A DNA stretch of 64,000 nt from a virus. Lineage: Duplodnaviria; Caudoviricetes. Each line of letters opens with the position of its first letter. Position 1 is the stretch's first letter. Positions 53,640 to 62,084 of this stretch are shown here, in pieces. The notes below the pieces were generated by a model that worked only from the letters and a program-made list of their open reading frames with translations, had not been told where the DNA came from and did no database searches. A program made the position numbers and the translations under genes. The stretch lies in the IMG/VR virus record IMGVR_UViG_2595698868_000001, positions 192,001-256,000 of that record. The stretch is one strand, 5' to 3'.

Positions 53640-53881
53640 TAGAAGCGCTCCGCATCTTCACGACGGCGGAACAGGATGCCCTGAGCCGCGTGCGGCATGT
53701 CGGCGTAGGTACCCTTGAACTCTTCGTCCTCGGTCAACGCGATGGCCCAGCGCGAATGCAGCACGCGACGCATGTAGCCGACCGTCTCACCCTGTTCGGT
53801 GACGATCTCGTACATGATGCCGGCGACGCGTTTGGCGTACAGGATGACGCCGCCTGCCGGCGTTATGATCTGACGGGCCAT
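53639..53881 (-). CDS. hypothetical protein
   Basis: TAATG coupling. Confidence 0.65.
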   Translation of the reverse strand: MARQIITPAGGVILYAKRVAGIMYEIVTEQGETVGYMRRVLHSRWAIALTEDEEFKGTYADMPHAAQGILFRRREDAERF

Positions 53882-54069
53882 TAGGCAGCCTTCCCTCGCG
53901 CCGCAGCGCATCCTTCTTCGAAGCCGGTGCGATAGGCCGCCGGCGGATCATCGTAGCCGGCGCCGTAGTGTAAGCCGTGGAAGCCATCGCTGTAGCCGGC
54001 GAGATAGCCCGTCCGTTCGAGGCAGTTGTAGCCTTCGGACGGACGGGGATTCCAAGCGGTCTTGCCCAT
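53881..54069 (-). CDS. hypothetical protein (GY..GY.DG repeats)
   Basis: TGATG coupling. Confidence 0.65.
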   Translation of the reverse strand: MGKTAWNPRPSEGYNCLERTGYLAGYSDGFHGLHYGAGYDDPPAAYRTGFEEGCAAARGKAA

Positions 54070-54284
54070 CAGGCCACCACCGGGCAGTCGCCGGCCACGA
54101 CCTTCACGCGGCCGTACTTGAACCGGGGACGCAGGGCCTTCGCCGCGCGCTGGGCTGCCGCACCCGAGGGATGCGAGCACGAGTCGACGCCGGTATCCTT
54201 GGCGATCGCGAGGCCCGCGACCGAGCCGAGCAGATCGCAGTAGGGCCGACCGCCGATCGTGATGTGATGGGTCTGCTTGCACAT
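54069..54284 (-). CDS. hypothetical protein
   Basis: AGGAGG RBS after class A promoter. Confidence 0.7.
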   Translation of the reverse strand: MCKQTHHITIGGRPYCDLLGSVAGLAIAKDTGVDSCSHPSGAAAQRAAKALRPRFKYGRVKVVAGDCPVVA

Positions 54285-54317
54285 GGCGAGCCTCCTTTCG
54301 TTGTTCGTCAGGAGGGT

Positions 54318-54344
54318 TGTAAAGAAACTATTCGAGCCTGTCAA
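54318..54344 (-). promoter_or_regulatory. class A phage promoter
   Basis: Reverse complement TTGAC-N11-GTTTCTTTACA; CCTCCT/AGGAGG hairpin downstream. Confidence 0.75.
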
Positions 54345-54583
54345 TCGCCCGCGAGAGGCGGGTTGAGCACTTCGTACGTGGCGGCAGCATCAGCGATAAC
54401 CTTCGACCGCTGCTCGCTCGCTTCCGCGATCATCCGATGAGCGATCGTACGCCAGCGATTTCGCTCCTTCGCCGACATTTCCTCGTAGGATTTCGCCCGA
54501 TCCGGACGTTGTCCATAGGCGCGTCGAACCCAACTTTCATAGAGCGTGACCGCCAGCGTTTCGTAGGCGTCGATTCCGATCAT
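54341..54583 (-). CDS. hypothetical protein
   Basis: ATGA overlap, GGAGG RBS. Confidence 0.7.
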   Translation of the reverse strand: MIGIDAYETLAVTLYESWVRRAYGQRPDRAKSYEEMSAKERNRWRTIAHRMIAEASEQRSKVIADAAATYEVLNPPLAGD

Positions 54584-55212
54584 GAGGCCTCCTTCTCATA
54601 GAGCCGCGCCCAGGCGTCGGTCTGGCCCTCGTGATCTGCGGCGGAGATGCTAGGGTCGACCGGACCGTGATGCAGGATCGTGTAGATGTGCGGAGCACCG
54701 TGAGACCCGTCCATGACCAGCCCATCAGGCGTGATCTGCGCGCGCATCTTCCAGCACCCGTTCAGGACCCAGAGGAAGGCTTCACCATCTCGCACCGCCA
54801 GAACTTGGGCGTAGATGCCCGCCACACCGCGATCACCCAGCAGTAGGTAATCTTCGGCCTGGATGATGTGATCATCGGTGAAGGCGGTCGGCTCAGCGAC
54901 CTGGACCTGTTGGCCGTTCGCATCGTAGCCGACGATGGTGACCACCTCATCGATCTGATGCACTATGGTGCGCTCGTAGTAGATGATATCGACGATTTCC
55001 TGCGTCTCGATCATCGACTTCAGATAGCCGGCGGAGATCGCGCGGACTGCTTCCGCATGCGTCTCGTACGTGTCCGCGATCTCCGGGACCCACTCAGTCC
55101 AAGACCATCCGATCTTGGGGTAGACGTATTGGCCGATCTGTTTTGAAAAGCCCCGTACGATCCATTCGGTCTTTTTGCTGCTGTATTGACGCGGATGCGT
55201 TCCGATCTTCAT
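54580..55212 (-). CDS. hypothetical protein
   Basis: ATGA overlap. Confidence 0.7.
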   Translation of the reverse strand: MKIGTHPRQYSSKKTEWIVRGFSKQIGQYVYPKIGWSWTEWVPEIADTYETHAEAVRAISAGYLKSMIETQEIVDIIYYERTIVHQIDEVVTIVGYDANGQQVQVAEPTAFTDDHIIQAEDYLLLGDRGVAGIYAQVLAVRDGEAFLWVLNGCWKMRAQITPDGLVMDGSHGAPHIYTILHHGPVDPSISAADHEGQTDAWARLYEKEAS

Positions 55213-55595
55213 GGCGCCGTCACCACCGGCTCGAAGTGCGCCTTCAGGGCCTCCTTGCGTTCCTGTTCAGCCTCCTCGCAGGCGGCGATCGCGCTCGCCA
55301 ACTTCTTCTCCAGGGCGAGGCGATCGGCGTCGAGCGCTTCGACCGGCGCGCTCTTCTCTTTCCAGAGCGTGAAGGCCGACTTGCGGCGTTCATAGGCCTC
55401 CTCGAACGTGTCGAAGAAGCCGTACACGAAGTTGAACTCCGCGTGCTGGATGCCCGACTTCAGGCCCGGATCGGCGAGCCGCGCGATGCGGGTGCTGCTG
55501 TAGAAGCGGTCCTTCATCTGGACGGTGGTCCAGTCCACGATCTCCAGCGAGGCCGGAGTCGGTCGGGATGAAAAGGATACGACGGCGACGGTCAT
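55209..55595 (-). CDS. hypothetical protein
   Basis: GGAGG RBS. Confidence 0.75.
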   Translation of the reverse strand: MTVAVVSFSSRPTPASLEIVDWTTVQMKDRFYSSTRIARLADPGLKSGIQHAEFNFVYGFFDTFEEAYERRKSAFTLWKEKSAPVEALDADRLALEKKLASAIAACEEAEQERKEALKAHFEPVVTAP

Positions 55596-55603
55596 GAGCC
55601 CTC

Positions 55604-56371
55604 CTAGACGATGTATGGAACGCGCTGACGGAAGTCGAAGGCCCGCTTCGTCTCGCGAACGTAGTCGATCAGCTTCTTCAGCAGGTCAGGATCGTGGGCG
55701 CCGGGGTCGAAGTCGTTGCGCAGTATCGCGTCGATCAGTTCGATGTTCTCGGCGGCGAGTTCATCGCGACCGCAGATGCAATCCGCGAAGCGGGCCGCTT
55801 CCATGACCGGTTGCGGCACGTTCAGGCGCGCGCAGATGTCCATGATCTCGCTCTTCCAGAGCGACCGGATCGGCTGGATCGACACCGAGTCCGAGAGCAG
55901 GCTGAACTTACCCAGGGTGAATTCGGTCAGGTTGGTGCAGCCGACGACCCAGAAGTTGTTGCCCGGCTCATACGGAATCGGCTTCCTGGTTGGCATACCC
56001 TCGTGCGACTCGACGTCGTTCAAGGCACGCAGGTGGATGTCGGCCCAACGCTGCTGATCCTCATTGCCGCCCAGCGGCACGAGGACTTCGAGGCTGACTT
56101 CGTCGCCGGCGACTTCCTTGATCCAGGCCGCCGCAGCGGTCTCGAACCAGCTTGGCGTCTTGCGGCCGGCGGCGACGTAGTGCAGCGCGCGAATCGGAAC
56201 GCGTCGGAAGCCCTCGGCCTCCAGTTCGCGCACGGCCGTCAGCAGGGCGTAGAACGCCGTCAGCGAGTCGGTGCCCGACAGGCCGATGATGAAGCCCGGC
56301 ACAGGCGTCTGGGACTGCTTGATCTTGATCTTCAGCCGGGTGACGAGGTTCTGGAACTTAGGCGTCGGCAT
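55604..56371 (-). CDS. nadE: NH3-dependent NAD+ synthetase-like (NadE, PP-loop ATPase)
   Basis: FIIGLSGTDS (PP-loop variant), VVGCTNLTE..LG.F...D, PIRSLWKSEI...L.VP. Confidence 0.65.
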   Translation of the reverse strand: MPTPKFQNLVTRLKIKIKQSQTPVPGFIIGLSGTDSLTAFYALLTAVRELEAEGFRRVPIRALHYVAAGRKTPSWFETAAAAWIKEVAGDEVSLEVLVPLGGNEDQQRWADIHLRALNDVESHEGMPTRKPIPYEPGNNFWVVGCTNLTEFTLGKFSLLSDSVSIQPIRSLWKSEIMDICARLNVPQPVMEAARFADCICGRDELAAENIELIDAILRNDFDPGAHDPDLLKKLIDYVRETKRAFDFRQRVPYIV

Positions 56372-56567
56372 TGGCTTCTTTCTTGGCGTTGATATCGTCC
56401 AGCGCGGCTTTGATTTCCGCCGTCAGTGCCTTGGTGCGCTCCAGCAGGTCATCATGGATCGCTTGCTGCTCCGGCGTGATCGGCTTGGGTGCGTAGTCCT
56501 GCGGCTCGCTGACCGGCTCCAGCCACGTCATGCCGGTCTCGGGACAGGTGAACTTCTGAAACTTCAT
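56358..56567 (-). CDS. hypothetical protein
   Basis: TGATG coupling. Confidence 0.65.
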   Translation of the reverse strand: MKFQKFTCPETGMTWLEPVSEPQDYAPKPITPEQQAIHDDLLERTKALTAEIKAALDDINAKKEANADA

Positions 56568-56950
56568 CAGATCGCTTCCCCGTTTTGGTTCACCCACAGC
56601 GTCTTGCTCGGATGTAGCCGGCTCGCGATCTCGAATCCGAAAGCTTCGTTGATCTTGTCGGCGTGTTTGGCGATCGAGGCCTGCGTGATGCGGCCCTTCT
56701 CCAGCCAGCAGGTGTCGAACCCGCCCAGCATCTTGAACCGGGACGGCGCGCGCAGGATCAGTTGGGCTTGCACGTAGTCGCGGCCGAAGCCTCGTGCGCC
56801 GTGCGCCATCGTATGGCCGGGGACGATGAACAGCATCACCGTCGAAGTCGGATCATCGCGATAGATGCCGGGGCGATGGAGGGCGGCGATCAGCCGACGC
56901 TTCACGCCCCAATCACCATTACCGTGGCGCGGGATAATCTGCTGGGTCAT
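56567..56950 (-). CDS. hypothetical protein
   Basis: GAGGAGG RBS after class A promoter. Confidence 0.75.
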   Translation of the reverse strand: MTQQIIPRHGNGDWGVKRRLIAALHRPGIYRDDPTSTVMLFIVPGHTMAHGARGFGRDYVQAQLILRAPSRFKMLGGFDTCWLEKGRITQASIAKHADKINEAFGFEIASRLHPSKTLWVNQNGEAI

Positions 56951-56978
56951 AGGGCCTCCTCGTGATCGTCAAGCTTCG

Positions 56979-57005
56979 TGTAAAGAAACAGGACGACCAC
57001 GTCAA
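56979..57005 (-). promoter_or_regulatory. class A phage promoter
   Basis: Reverse complement TTGAC-N11-GTTTCTTTACA, then TGACGATCA. Confidence 0.75.
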
Positions 57006-57028
57006 GCGAGAAGTAGTGAGTGATAGCG

Positions 57029-57104
57029 TGGCGATCCCTACTGGACTCGAACCAGTACCCGCCCTTTAGAAGAGGGCTGCCCTCTCCAGTTGGACCAAGG
57101 GACC
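57029..57104 (-). tRNA. tRNA-Arg (anticodon TCT)
   Basis: Reverse complement: GGTCCCT/AGGGATC acceptor, GCCCT-CTTCTAA-AGGGC anticodon arm, ACTGG-TTCGAGT-CCAGT T arm, encoded CCA; 76 nt. Confidence 0.92.
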
Positions 57105-57358
57105 TATCGATAGCCGTGTTTGTGAAGGAACTGGTTCACGTTCTTCACAGCGAAATGTACGGAGGACTGATCGCCGCCTCGGGACGTGCTACGAATCGAG
57201 GTGACATGAATCCAGCCCTGGCCTGGAAGCTGAGATTGGACCCGGACGTGTTTGCCCTGCCGAACAGCACGGGCTTCCAGGCCCTTCTGCTTCAACATTT
57301 CTATTGCAGCGGCGGTCGCGAGTTCCATGTGCCGCTGCCCGTGCGTGCTGCGAGTCAT
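57104..57358 (-). CDS. hypothetical protein (HicA-like size and composition)
   Basis: ATGA overlap; RQGKHVRV motif. Confidence 0.55.
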   Translation of the reverse strand: MTRSTHGQRHMELATAAAIEMLKQKGLEARAVRQGKHVRVQSQLPGQGWIHVTSIRSTSRGGDQSSVHFAVKNVNQFLHKHGYR

Positions 57359-57714
57359 CCGGCGGCCATATGCAGGGCGTACTCGGCGCGTTCGCGGAAA
57401 GCCTTCCTGGCGGCGTAGGCGCGATCTACGATCTCGCTGGAGTAGAGTTGGCTTTTGTTCCCGAGGTTGGCGCGGGCGTGCGCCTCCTCGATCCAGAAGG
57501 CCGCCTCGTGTTCCGACCAGTCGCCGGCCTCGACCAGCGCGAGTCGTGCGACCATGGCGCGGCGCGACCACTCGGCCTGCGCATACAGGATGAAGGTCAT
57601 CGAGTAGGCTTCGGTCGCCAGCGCGCGATTGACCATGAAGCTGAAGCCGCCGATGACGGGCGTCGTCTGGGACACCAGCGACTCGGCCTTCTTGAGAGCG
57701 AGTTCGCGTTCCAT
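57355..57714 (-). CDS. hypothetical protein
   Basis: GGAGG RBS, TGATG coupling. Confidence 0.7.
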   Translation of the reverse strand: MERELALKKAESLVSQTTPVIGGFSFMVNRALATEAYSMTFILYAQAEWSRRAMVARLALVEAGDWSEHEAAFWIEEAHARANLGNKSQLYSSEIVDRAYAARKAFRERAEYALHMAAG

Positions 57715-58145
57715 CACGCGGCCTCCGCGCCGGCCAGCACATGATACCACGAGTCTGGGTGCTTCGAGTTGCCCTCGTCCTTGATCCAGCCGCCGCCGAA
57801 GTGGGCAGTCACCAGCCGCAGAATGCGCTCGGCGTCGCCGTAGGAGCCCAGGGTGAGCAGCACGCCCGGATCGCGCGAGAAGACCTCGCGGTAATCGCAG
57901 GCGCAGTAGCCGTTGAGGAAGACGTGCATCATGCGCGGCTCGCCACGATCGCGTTGATGGTACTTCTTGCGGACGTTGCCGGCCTTCTGCGCCGGCGTCA
58001 GTTCTTCGTTGAAATGCACGACGACGTGGTCGTCTTGATCCGTCAGGCGGATCGTATAGTCCGAGCCGCCGTACAGGGTGCGCATGGCCTTCACGATCGA
58101 CATGACGTCGGTGTGCTGGAACACGGCGTTGCAGGAAATGGACAT
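57714..58145 (-). CDS. hypothetical protein
   Basis: AGGAGG RBS after class A promoter. Confidence 0.8.
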   Translation of the reverse strand: MSISCNAVFQHTDVMSIVKAMRTLYGGSDYTIRLTDQDDHVVVHFNEELTPAQKAGNVRKKYHQRDRGEPRMMHVFLNGYCACDYREVFSRDPGVLLTLGSYGDAERILRLVTAHFGGGWIKDEGNSKHPDSWYHVLAGAEAA

Positions 58146-58177
58146 CAGGGCCTCCTGGGTTGTTCGTCAGTGGCGTG

Positions 58178-58204
58178 TGTAAAGAAACACTCTCCGCCTG
58201 TCAA
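58178..58204 (-). promoter_or_regulatory. class A phage promoter
   Basis: Reverse complement TTGAC-N11-GTTTCTTTACA. Confidence 0.75.
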
Positions 58205-58506
58205 CGCCCTCCAGCGTTGGAGGCTTCGAATTCCGCGTACAGTTTCACGACATGGCCGACAGCCTGCTCCACGAAGAGGAAGTACGTCTCCGGGCGCTGC
58301 CCGTACACGGGCTCCTCGTTCAGCTTGTAGAAGCCGAACCCGTACTTCGCCGTCCATTGGACCTGGATGTTGAAGTCGTTGCAGTCGATCTCGATCCAGA
58401 ACTCACCATTGGGCGATTCAGGACGATCGAGATGCGTCGTGGCCGAGGACGAAAGTAGCTCGGGGATCAGCGCCATGAAGTCGCTGGGCTGTTTGTAGAG
58501 GCTCAT
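58201..58506 (-). CDS. hypothetical protein
   Basis: ATGA overlap; LDRP...GEFWIEI...VQW....GFG. Confidence 0.7.
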   Translation of the reverse strand: MSLYKQPSDFMALIPELLSSSATTHLDRPESPNGEFWIEIDCNDFNIQVQWTAKYGFGFYKLNEEPVYGQRPETYFLFVEQAVGHVVKLYAEFEASNAGGR

Positions 58507-58808
58507 CGCGACACCGTGTCCTTCTTGCGCCGGTTCTTGTGGGCTTCCCAGCCGGCCTTGAACGCGATGTCCAGGACGAGACGATCCACGCCCGGCGGAT
58601 AGGTGCCGCCCAGAGCCTTCCAGGCTTCGAAAGCCTCGTGGCGCTCCTGCATGTCATTCTTCTTCATGTGGGGCTCCTCTTTTGCTGCGGGCACGTAAAT
58701 CGCTGACGACGGATCGCCTCGCTTGACGTATAGGTAGCCATCCGGAACGGGCGGCAAACCCTGCTTCGTCGGGTCGAGTTTGAAGACGGCCGTCTCGACT
58801 TTTGGCAT
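58503..58808 (-). CDS. hypothetical protein
   Basis: AGGAG RBS after class A promoter. Confidence 0.65.
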   Translation of the reverse strand: MPKVETAVFKLDPTKQGLPPVPDGYLYVKRGDPSSAIYVPAAKEEPHMKKNDMQERHEAFEAWKALGGTYPPGVDRLVLDIAFKAGWEAHKNRRKKDTVSR

Positions 58809-58839
58809 GGCGTGGCTCCTGGCGATCGCGGTCACATCT

Positions 58840-58865
58840 TGTAAAGAAACCACATACAGGGTCAA
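58840..58865 (-). promoter_or_regulatory. class A phage promoter
   Basis: Reverse complement TTGAC-N10-GTTTCTTTACA; divergent from TTGACAG at 58882. Confidence 0.7.
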
Positions 58866-58938
58866 GCCTCAAAATGCCGGCTTGACAGTCTGGCTGACCG
58901 TGCGAGAACCAGCGTTGCCATTAACCAATGAGGCCGAC

Positions 58939-59388
58939 ATGGGCACGCGTGCGCAGTTCTTCATCAACCACCCGAGCGATCTCGAAAAGCGTATCTGGCT
59001 CGGCTCGGTCGCTTGGGACGGCTACCCGGAAGGCGACATCGGCGAGGCCTTCCAGGGCGTCAAGACCGTTCACGACTTCCGCGAGGCCGTCGATAAGATT
59101 GCGCTCCAACGGGACGACTACTGCGACCCGGACAAGCGCAGCTTCCCGTTCCCCTGGACGAACGACCTCTATCTGACCGACTGCACCTATGCGTTCTTCG
59201 ACGACAAGGTCCAGTTCACCTATTTCCACGCAGGTTTCATGCCGCTGGAAGCGTATCTGACCCTGACCGATGAAGAGCAGGAAAAGCTGGACGCGCGTGG
59301 CGACACTCTGCCCGACAACGTGCCGGCGCCGGTCTCAGCCCTGCCACCCGGCCCCGACAGCATCATCATCGTGAGCGCAGCCGGCTAG
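58939..59388 (+). CDS. hypothetical phage protein
   Basis: GAGG RBS; MGTRAQF...WLGSVAWDGYP; lone + gene in the - block with its own TTGACAG promoter. Confidence 0.8.
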   Translation: MGTRAQFFINHPSDLEKRIWLGSVAWDGYPEGDIGEAFQGVKTVHDFREAVDKIALQRDDYCDPDKRSFPFPWTNDLYLTDCTYAFFDDKVQFTYFHAGFMPLEAYLTLTDEEQEKLDARGDTLPDNVPAPVSALPPGPDSIIIVSAAG

Positions 59389-59654
59389 GCTGCGTTCTTA
59401 CCGATGTGGTAGCCGTCGCAGAAGACGCACTTGTAAGGGCGAAAGACCCCGCCGTGCTTACGCTGCATGGCGCCGGCGGCCTTCTCCGCGCTTTCAAGGG
59501 AGCCGTATTCGACCTTCGGCTTCTTGCTGCCCCGGCTGATGTGGGAGTTGCGACTGAACATCCCCCAGGCATTGCCGGTGATGAAGAAGTTGCGGTAAAG
59601 CCGCGTCAGCGGCAGTTGACCCTTCAGGGCGAGGTAGACGTTACGCAGTCTCAT
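59385..59654 (-). CDS. small basic protein with a C-x2-C/H motif
   Basis: YKCVFCDGYHIGKN. Confidence 0.7.
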   Translation of the reverse strand: MRLRNVYLALKGQLPLTRLYRNFFITGNAWGMFSRNSHISRGSKKPKVEYGSLESAEKAAGAMQRKHGGVFRPYKCVFCDGYHIGKNAA

Positions 59655-59944
59655 TAGGCGTTTCCCTCCTGCGGGAACAGCGAGGCGATGTAGTCGAATG
59701 CCTCCTGGCGGCTGCGGAAGATGCGCACGTTGTGCTTCTCGCACCACTCGATGCCGACGCCGAGCGTTCGGAACGCGCCCTTGTTGCGGTAGATGCTCCA
59801 GCCCCAGAGCGCGCGACCCGTGCCGGGCGACCCAGGGTAGTCCTTCACGATGCACGCGAAGACGGTCGGGAAACAGTCGGACCCGTAGACGGCCCACAGA
59901 GGCACATCGAGCGGCGCCGTATCGAGCGTGAGCGGGATGAACAT
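59654..59944 (-). CDS. hypothetical protein
   Basis: TGATG coupling. Confidence 0.65.
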   Translation of the reverse strand: MFIPLTLDTAPLDVPLWAVYGSDCFPTVFACIVKDYPGSPGTGRALWGWSIYRNKGAFRTLGVGIEWCEKHNVRIFRSRQEAFDYIASLFPQEGNA

Positions 59945-60147
59945 CAGTCGTCCAGGCGCGTCGCGTTCTTCATCCAAACGCCGGCGCGGAAGAAGCAGAA
60001 GGCACACGCAATGCCGAGGCAGCCGAACGGCACCGTACCGATCGTGGGAATGAAGATGCCGGCGAAGAACGTGGCGACCGCGAAAACGGATGCGGCATTC
60101 TGCCAATCATGCGCTCGGGATAGTGCCAGATACCGCTTCATGCTCAT
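59944..60147 (-). CDS. small membrane protein
   Basis: AGGAGG RBS; two TM segments. Confidence 0.65.
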   Translation of the reverse strand: MSMKRYLALSRAHDWQNAASVFAVATFFAGIFIPTIGTVPFGCLGIACAFCFFRAGVWMKNATRLDD

Positions 60148-60198
60148 ATAAGCCTCCTGTCACGCCACTCGTAAACTCTCAAGCTCCGCCGCGCAAGA

Positions 60199-60477
60199 TC
60201 ACATCGTGCAGGTCTCGCACACCTCGCCGGCGTACTCGATCTCATGTACGACGGGCGAGGTTTTCATGCCGGGCGGCGGCTCACGGCCGCCAAAGCCCAT
60301 CTGATGGATGACGCCGCTGCGCGACTCTTGGCGAACGCGCGGCGTAGGTTGAGGCGCCCGCACCGGCCGCCCAGGTTCCAGCCCGCGCTCCACATAATGG
60401 ATCGTCCGCAGCCTCACGATGTAGGCGGCGAAGCTCAGGCCCCATAGGAACACCAGGAGCATACTCAGCATGCCCAT
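60199..60477 (-). CDS. membrane-anchored hypothetical protein
   Basis: N-terminal TM. Confidence 0.6.
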   Translation of the reverse strand: MGMLSMLLVFLWGLSFAAYIVRLRTIHYVERGLEPGRPVRAPQPTPRVRQESRSGVIHQMGFGGREPPPGMKTSPVVHEIEYAGEVCETCTM

Positions 60478-60480
60478 GCG

Positions 60481-60909
60481 TCAGAACTCCGTCGGCAGGT
60501 AATCCCAGGGCTGCTTGCCCTCGGGCACGGCGTCTTCGGCAGGCTGCACGTACAGGCTGTCGGTGCTGATGAAGGCTCCCCGCGCACGCTTGTGGGCCAT
60601 CTGCGTCGGATGCTCGTAGCTCAAGAAGTTCGGCTTCTGCCGACCGCGACGCTCCTTGTACTCGAAGCCCATCTCGACCAGCTTCTCGTGGGCGCGCCAC
60701 AGCTTGGACTCGCGGGCCAGCTTCCAGCCGGCCTCGTTGAGCTTGTCCTTATGCAGGGTCAGTATGTGGTCGCCGATCTGCACTTCGGTCGGCACGAGCG
60801 AGTAGTAGCCGTACATCGCGATGCGGGTGTTGGTGTGGAGGCCACGCTGGGCGCCGGTGATCGCCAGATAGGCCAGGGCGCGCGAGAGGGTCTTCGGGGT
60901 GGTCGTCAT
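60481..60909 (-). CDS. hypothetical protein
   Basis: AGGAG RBS. Confidence 0.75.
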   Translation of the reverse strand: MTTTPKTLSRALAYLAITGAQRGLHTNTRIAMYGYYSLVPTEVQIGDHILTLHKDKLNEAGWKLARESKLWRAHEKLVEMGFEYKERRGRQKPNFLSYEHPTQMAHKRARGAFISTDSLYVQPAEDAVPEGKQPWDYLPTEF

Positions 60910-60935
60910 CCTGATCTCCTATTTCGCTGTCTGGC

Positions 60936-61112
60936 TCATTCGGTGATTTCTTCGACCTCGGAACGGCTGTAGACCCGTTCCCCGGTCGCGGTCTCACGGC
61001 GGCTGATGATGACGTGGCCGTGGACGAAATGATCGTCGACGTACGACGCCAGCAACACCTTACCCGGATACGGGCGCACGCCGGTCTTGATCTTGAAACG
61101 CCGCTTGGTCAT
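60936..61112 (-). CDS. hypothetical protein (58 aa)
   Basis: AGGAGG RBS after class A promoter; MTKRRFKIKTGVRPYPG. Confidence 0.7.
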   Translation of the reverse strand: MTKRRFKIKTGVRPYPGKVLLASYVDDHFVHGHVIISRRETATGERVYSRSEVEEITE

Positions 61113-61140
61113 AGGGCCTCCTGTGTTCGTCCAGGCCGCT

Positions 61141-61167
61141 TGTAAAGAAACATATCACCCCATGCAA
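61141..61167 (-). promoter_or_regulatory. class A phage promoter (TTGCA variant)
   Basis: Reverse complement TTGCA-N11-GTTTCTTTACA. Confidence 0.7.
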
Positions 61168-61294
61168 GCGAAATCGTAAGGCGAGCCGCCTCGGGGGACT
61201 CATACCCACTTTGGGAATTGTGTCGGGAATTCGACACAACCTTGGCCATTCGAAATCGTTTGCTGCATGGCCGAAAAACGGCTATTCCACCTAC

Positions 61295-61513
61295 ATGACC
61301 AAGCTTCATCATGATCCGCAGGTCTACGCGCGCGAACAGGCCGCCATCGCCCACGTGGCGGGAGGGGTTCAGGCGTTGCTGGACCAGTCTGTTGAAGCGA
61401 CCGATATGACCGCCCTGCTCTCTCGATCCCTGCGCACCGAACTGGCGCGGGAGATGGCCCGGCGCCTCGTACAGATGCCGATGGCGTACCCTGGAGTCAG
61501 GGCGGCAGTCTAG
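61295..61513 (+). CDS. hypothetical protein
   Basis: Plausible codon usage but weak RBS. Confidence 0.45.
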   Translation: MTKLHHDPQVYAREQAAIAHVAGGVQALLDQSVEATDMTALLSRSLRTELAREMARRLVQMPMAYPGVRAAV

Positions 61514-61619
61514 CCGAGCCGGCTGTCAACACTTTTGGCGTTGACCTCACAGGTAGCGTTGGTTTACGGATAAGCCGAAAGGTTCACTCAGGGTGGACCA
61601 AATGGCTTGAAGGTAAACC

Positions 61620-61853
61620 ATGGGCTGGGGCACGCATCCCGACACCATCTCGTGCGCAATGGCCTCGGGCGCCGGAAACCGCAGCGGCCACCCCTGGGGT
61701 ACGCTGGCCTGGATGAAGGCCTATCGCGAACACTACGCTCAGAACAATGAATCCTTCGGCGGCACCCTGGAGAGCTATTTGGCGTCGATCGACGCCGAGA
61801 TAGCCTTGTTGGAGGCTGCGCCCAAAGGCACCATATCTAAAGGGTTCTGGTAG
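61620..61853 (+). CDS. hypothetical protein
   Basis: Downstream of TTGAC at ~61541. Confidence 0.6.
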   Translation: MGWGTHPDTISCAMASGAGNRSGHPWGTLAWMKAYREHYAQNNESFGGTLESYLASIDAEIALLEAAPKGTISKGFW

Positions 61854-62084
61854 ATGACTATTCAAGCGCAATACACCGACACAGAGTTCAATGAGGCTCT
61901 CAAGACTCTGGACCTATCCCGGAATCCCGACATGCCCCGTCCTAGTGCTATCTTGGACGCTCTGCTGCGAGGACTTAACGCTCGCCACCCTAGTGCGATG
62001 CGGCCCCTCCCAGCCCCTTCGCCAGAGCAAGTCAAGAGTATGACAGCGGCGGCGCTTTGCCTTAAGTCGTGGTGGGACCTCTGA
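61854..62084 (+). CDS. hypothetical protein
   Basis: Abuts the upstream stop. Confidence 0.55.
   Translation: MTIQAQYTDTEFNEALKTLDLSRNPDMPRPSAILDALLRGLNARHPSAMRPLPAPSPEQVKSMTAAALCLKSWWDL

Noticed and set aside
57029-57104. tRNA-Arg as a prophage attachment site
   Set aside because: No integrase or duplicated tRNA 3' end was seen, and phage-type genes and promoters continue on both sides.
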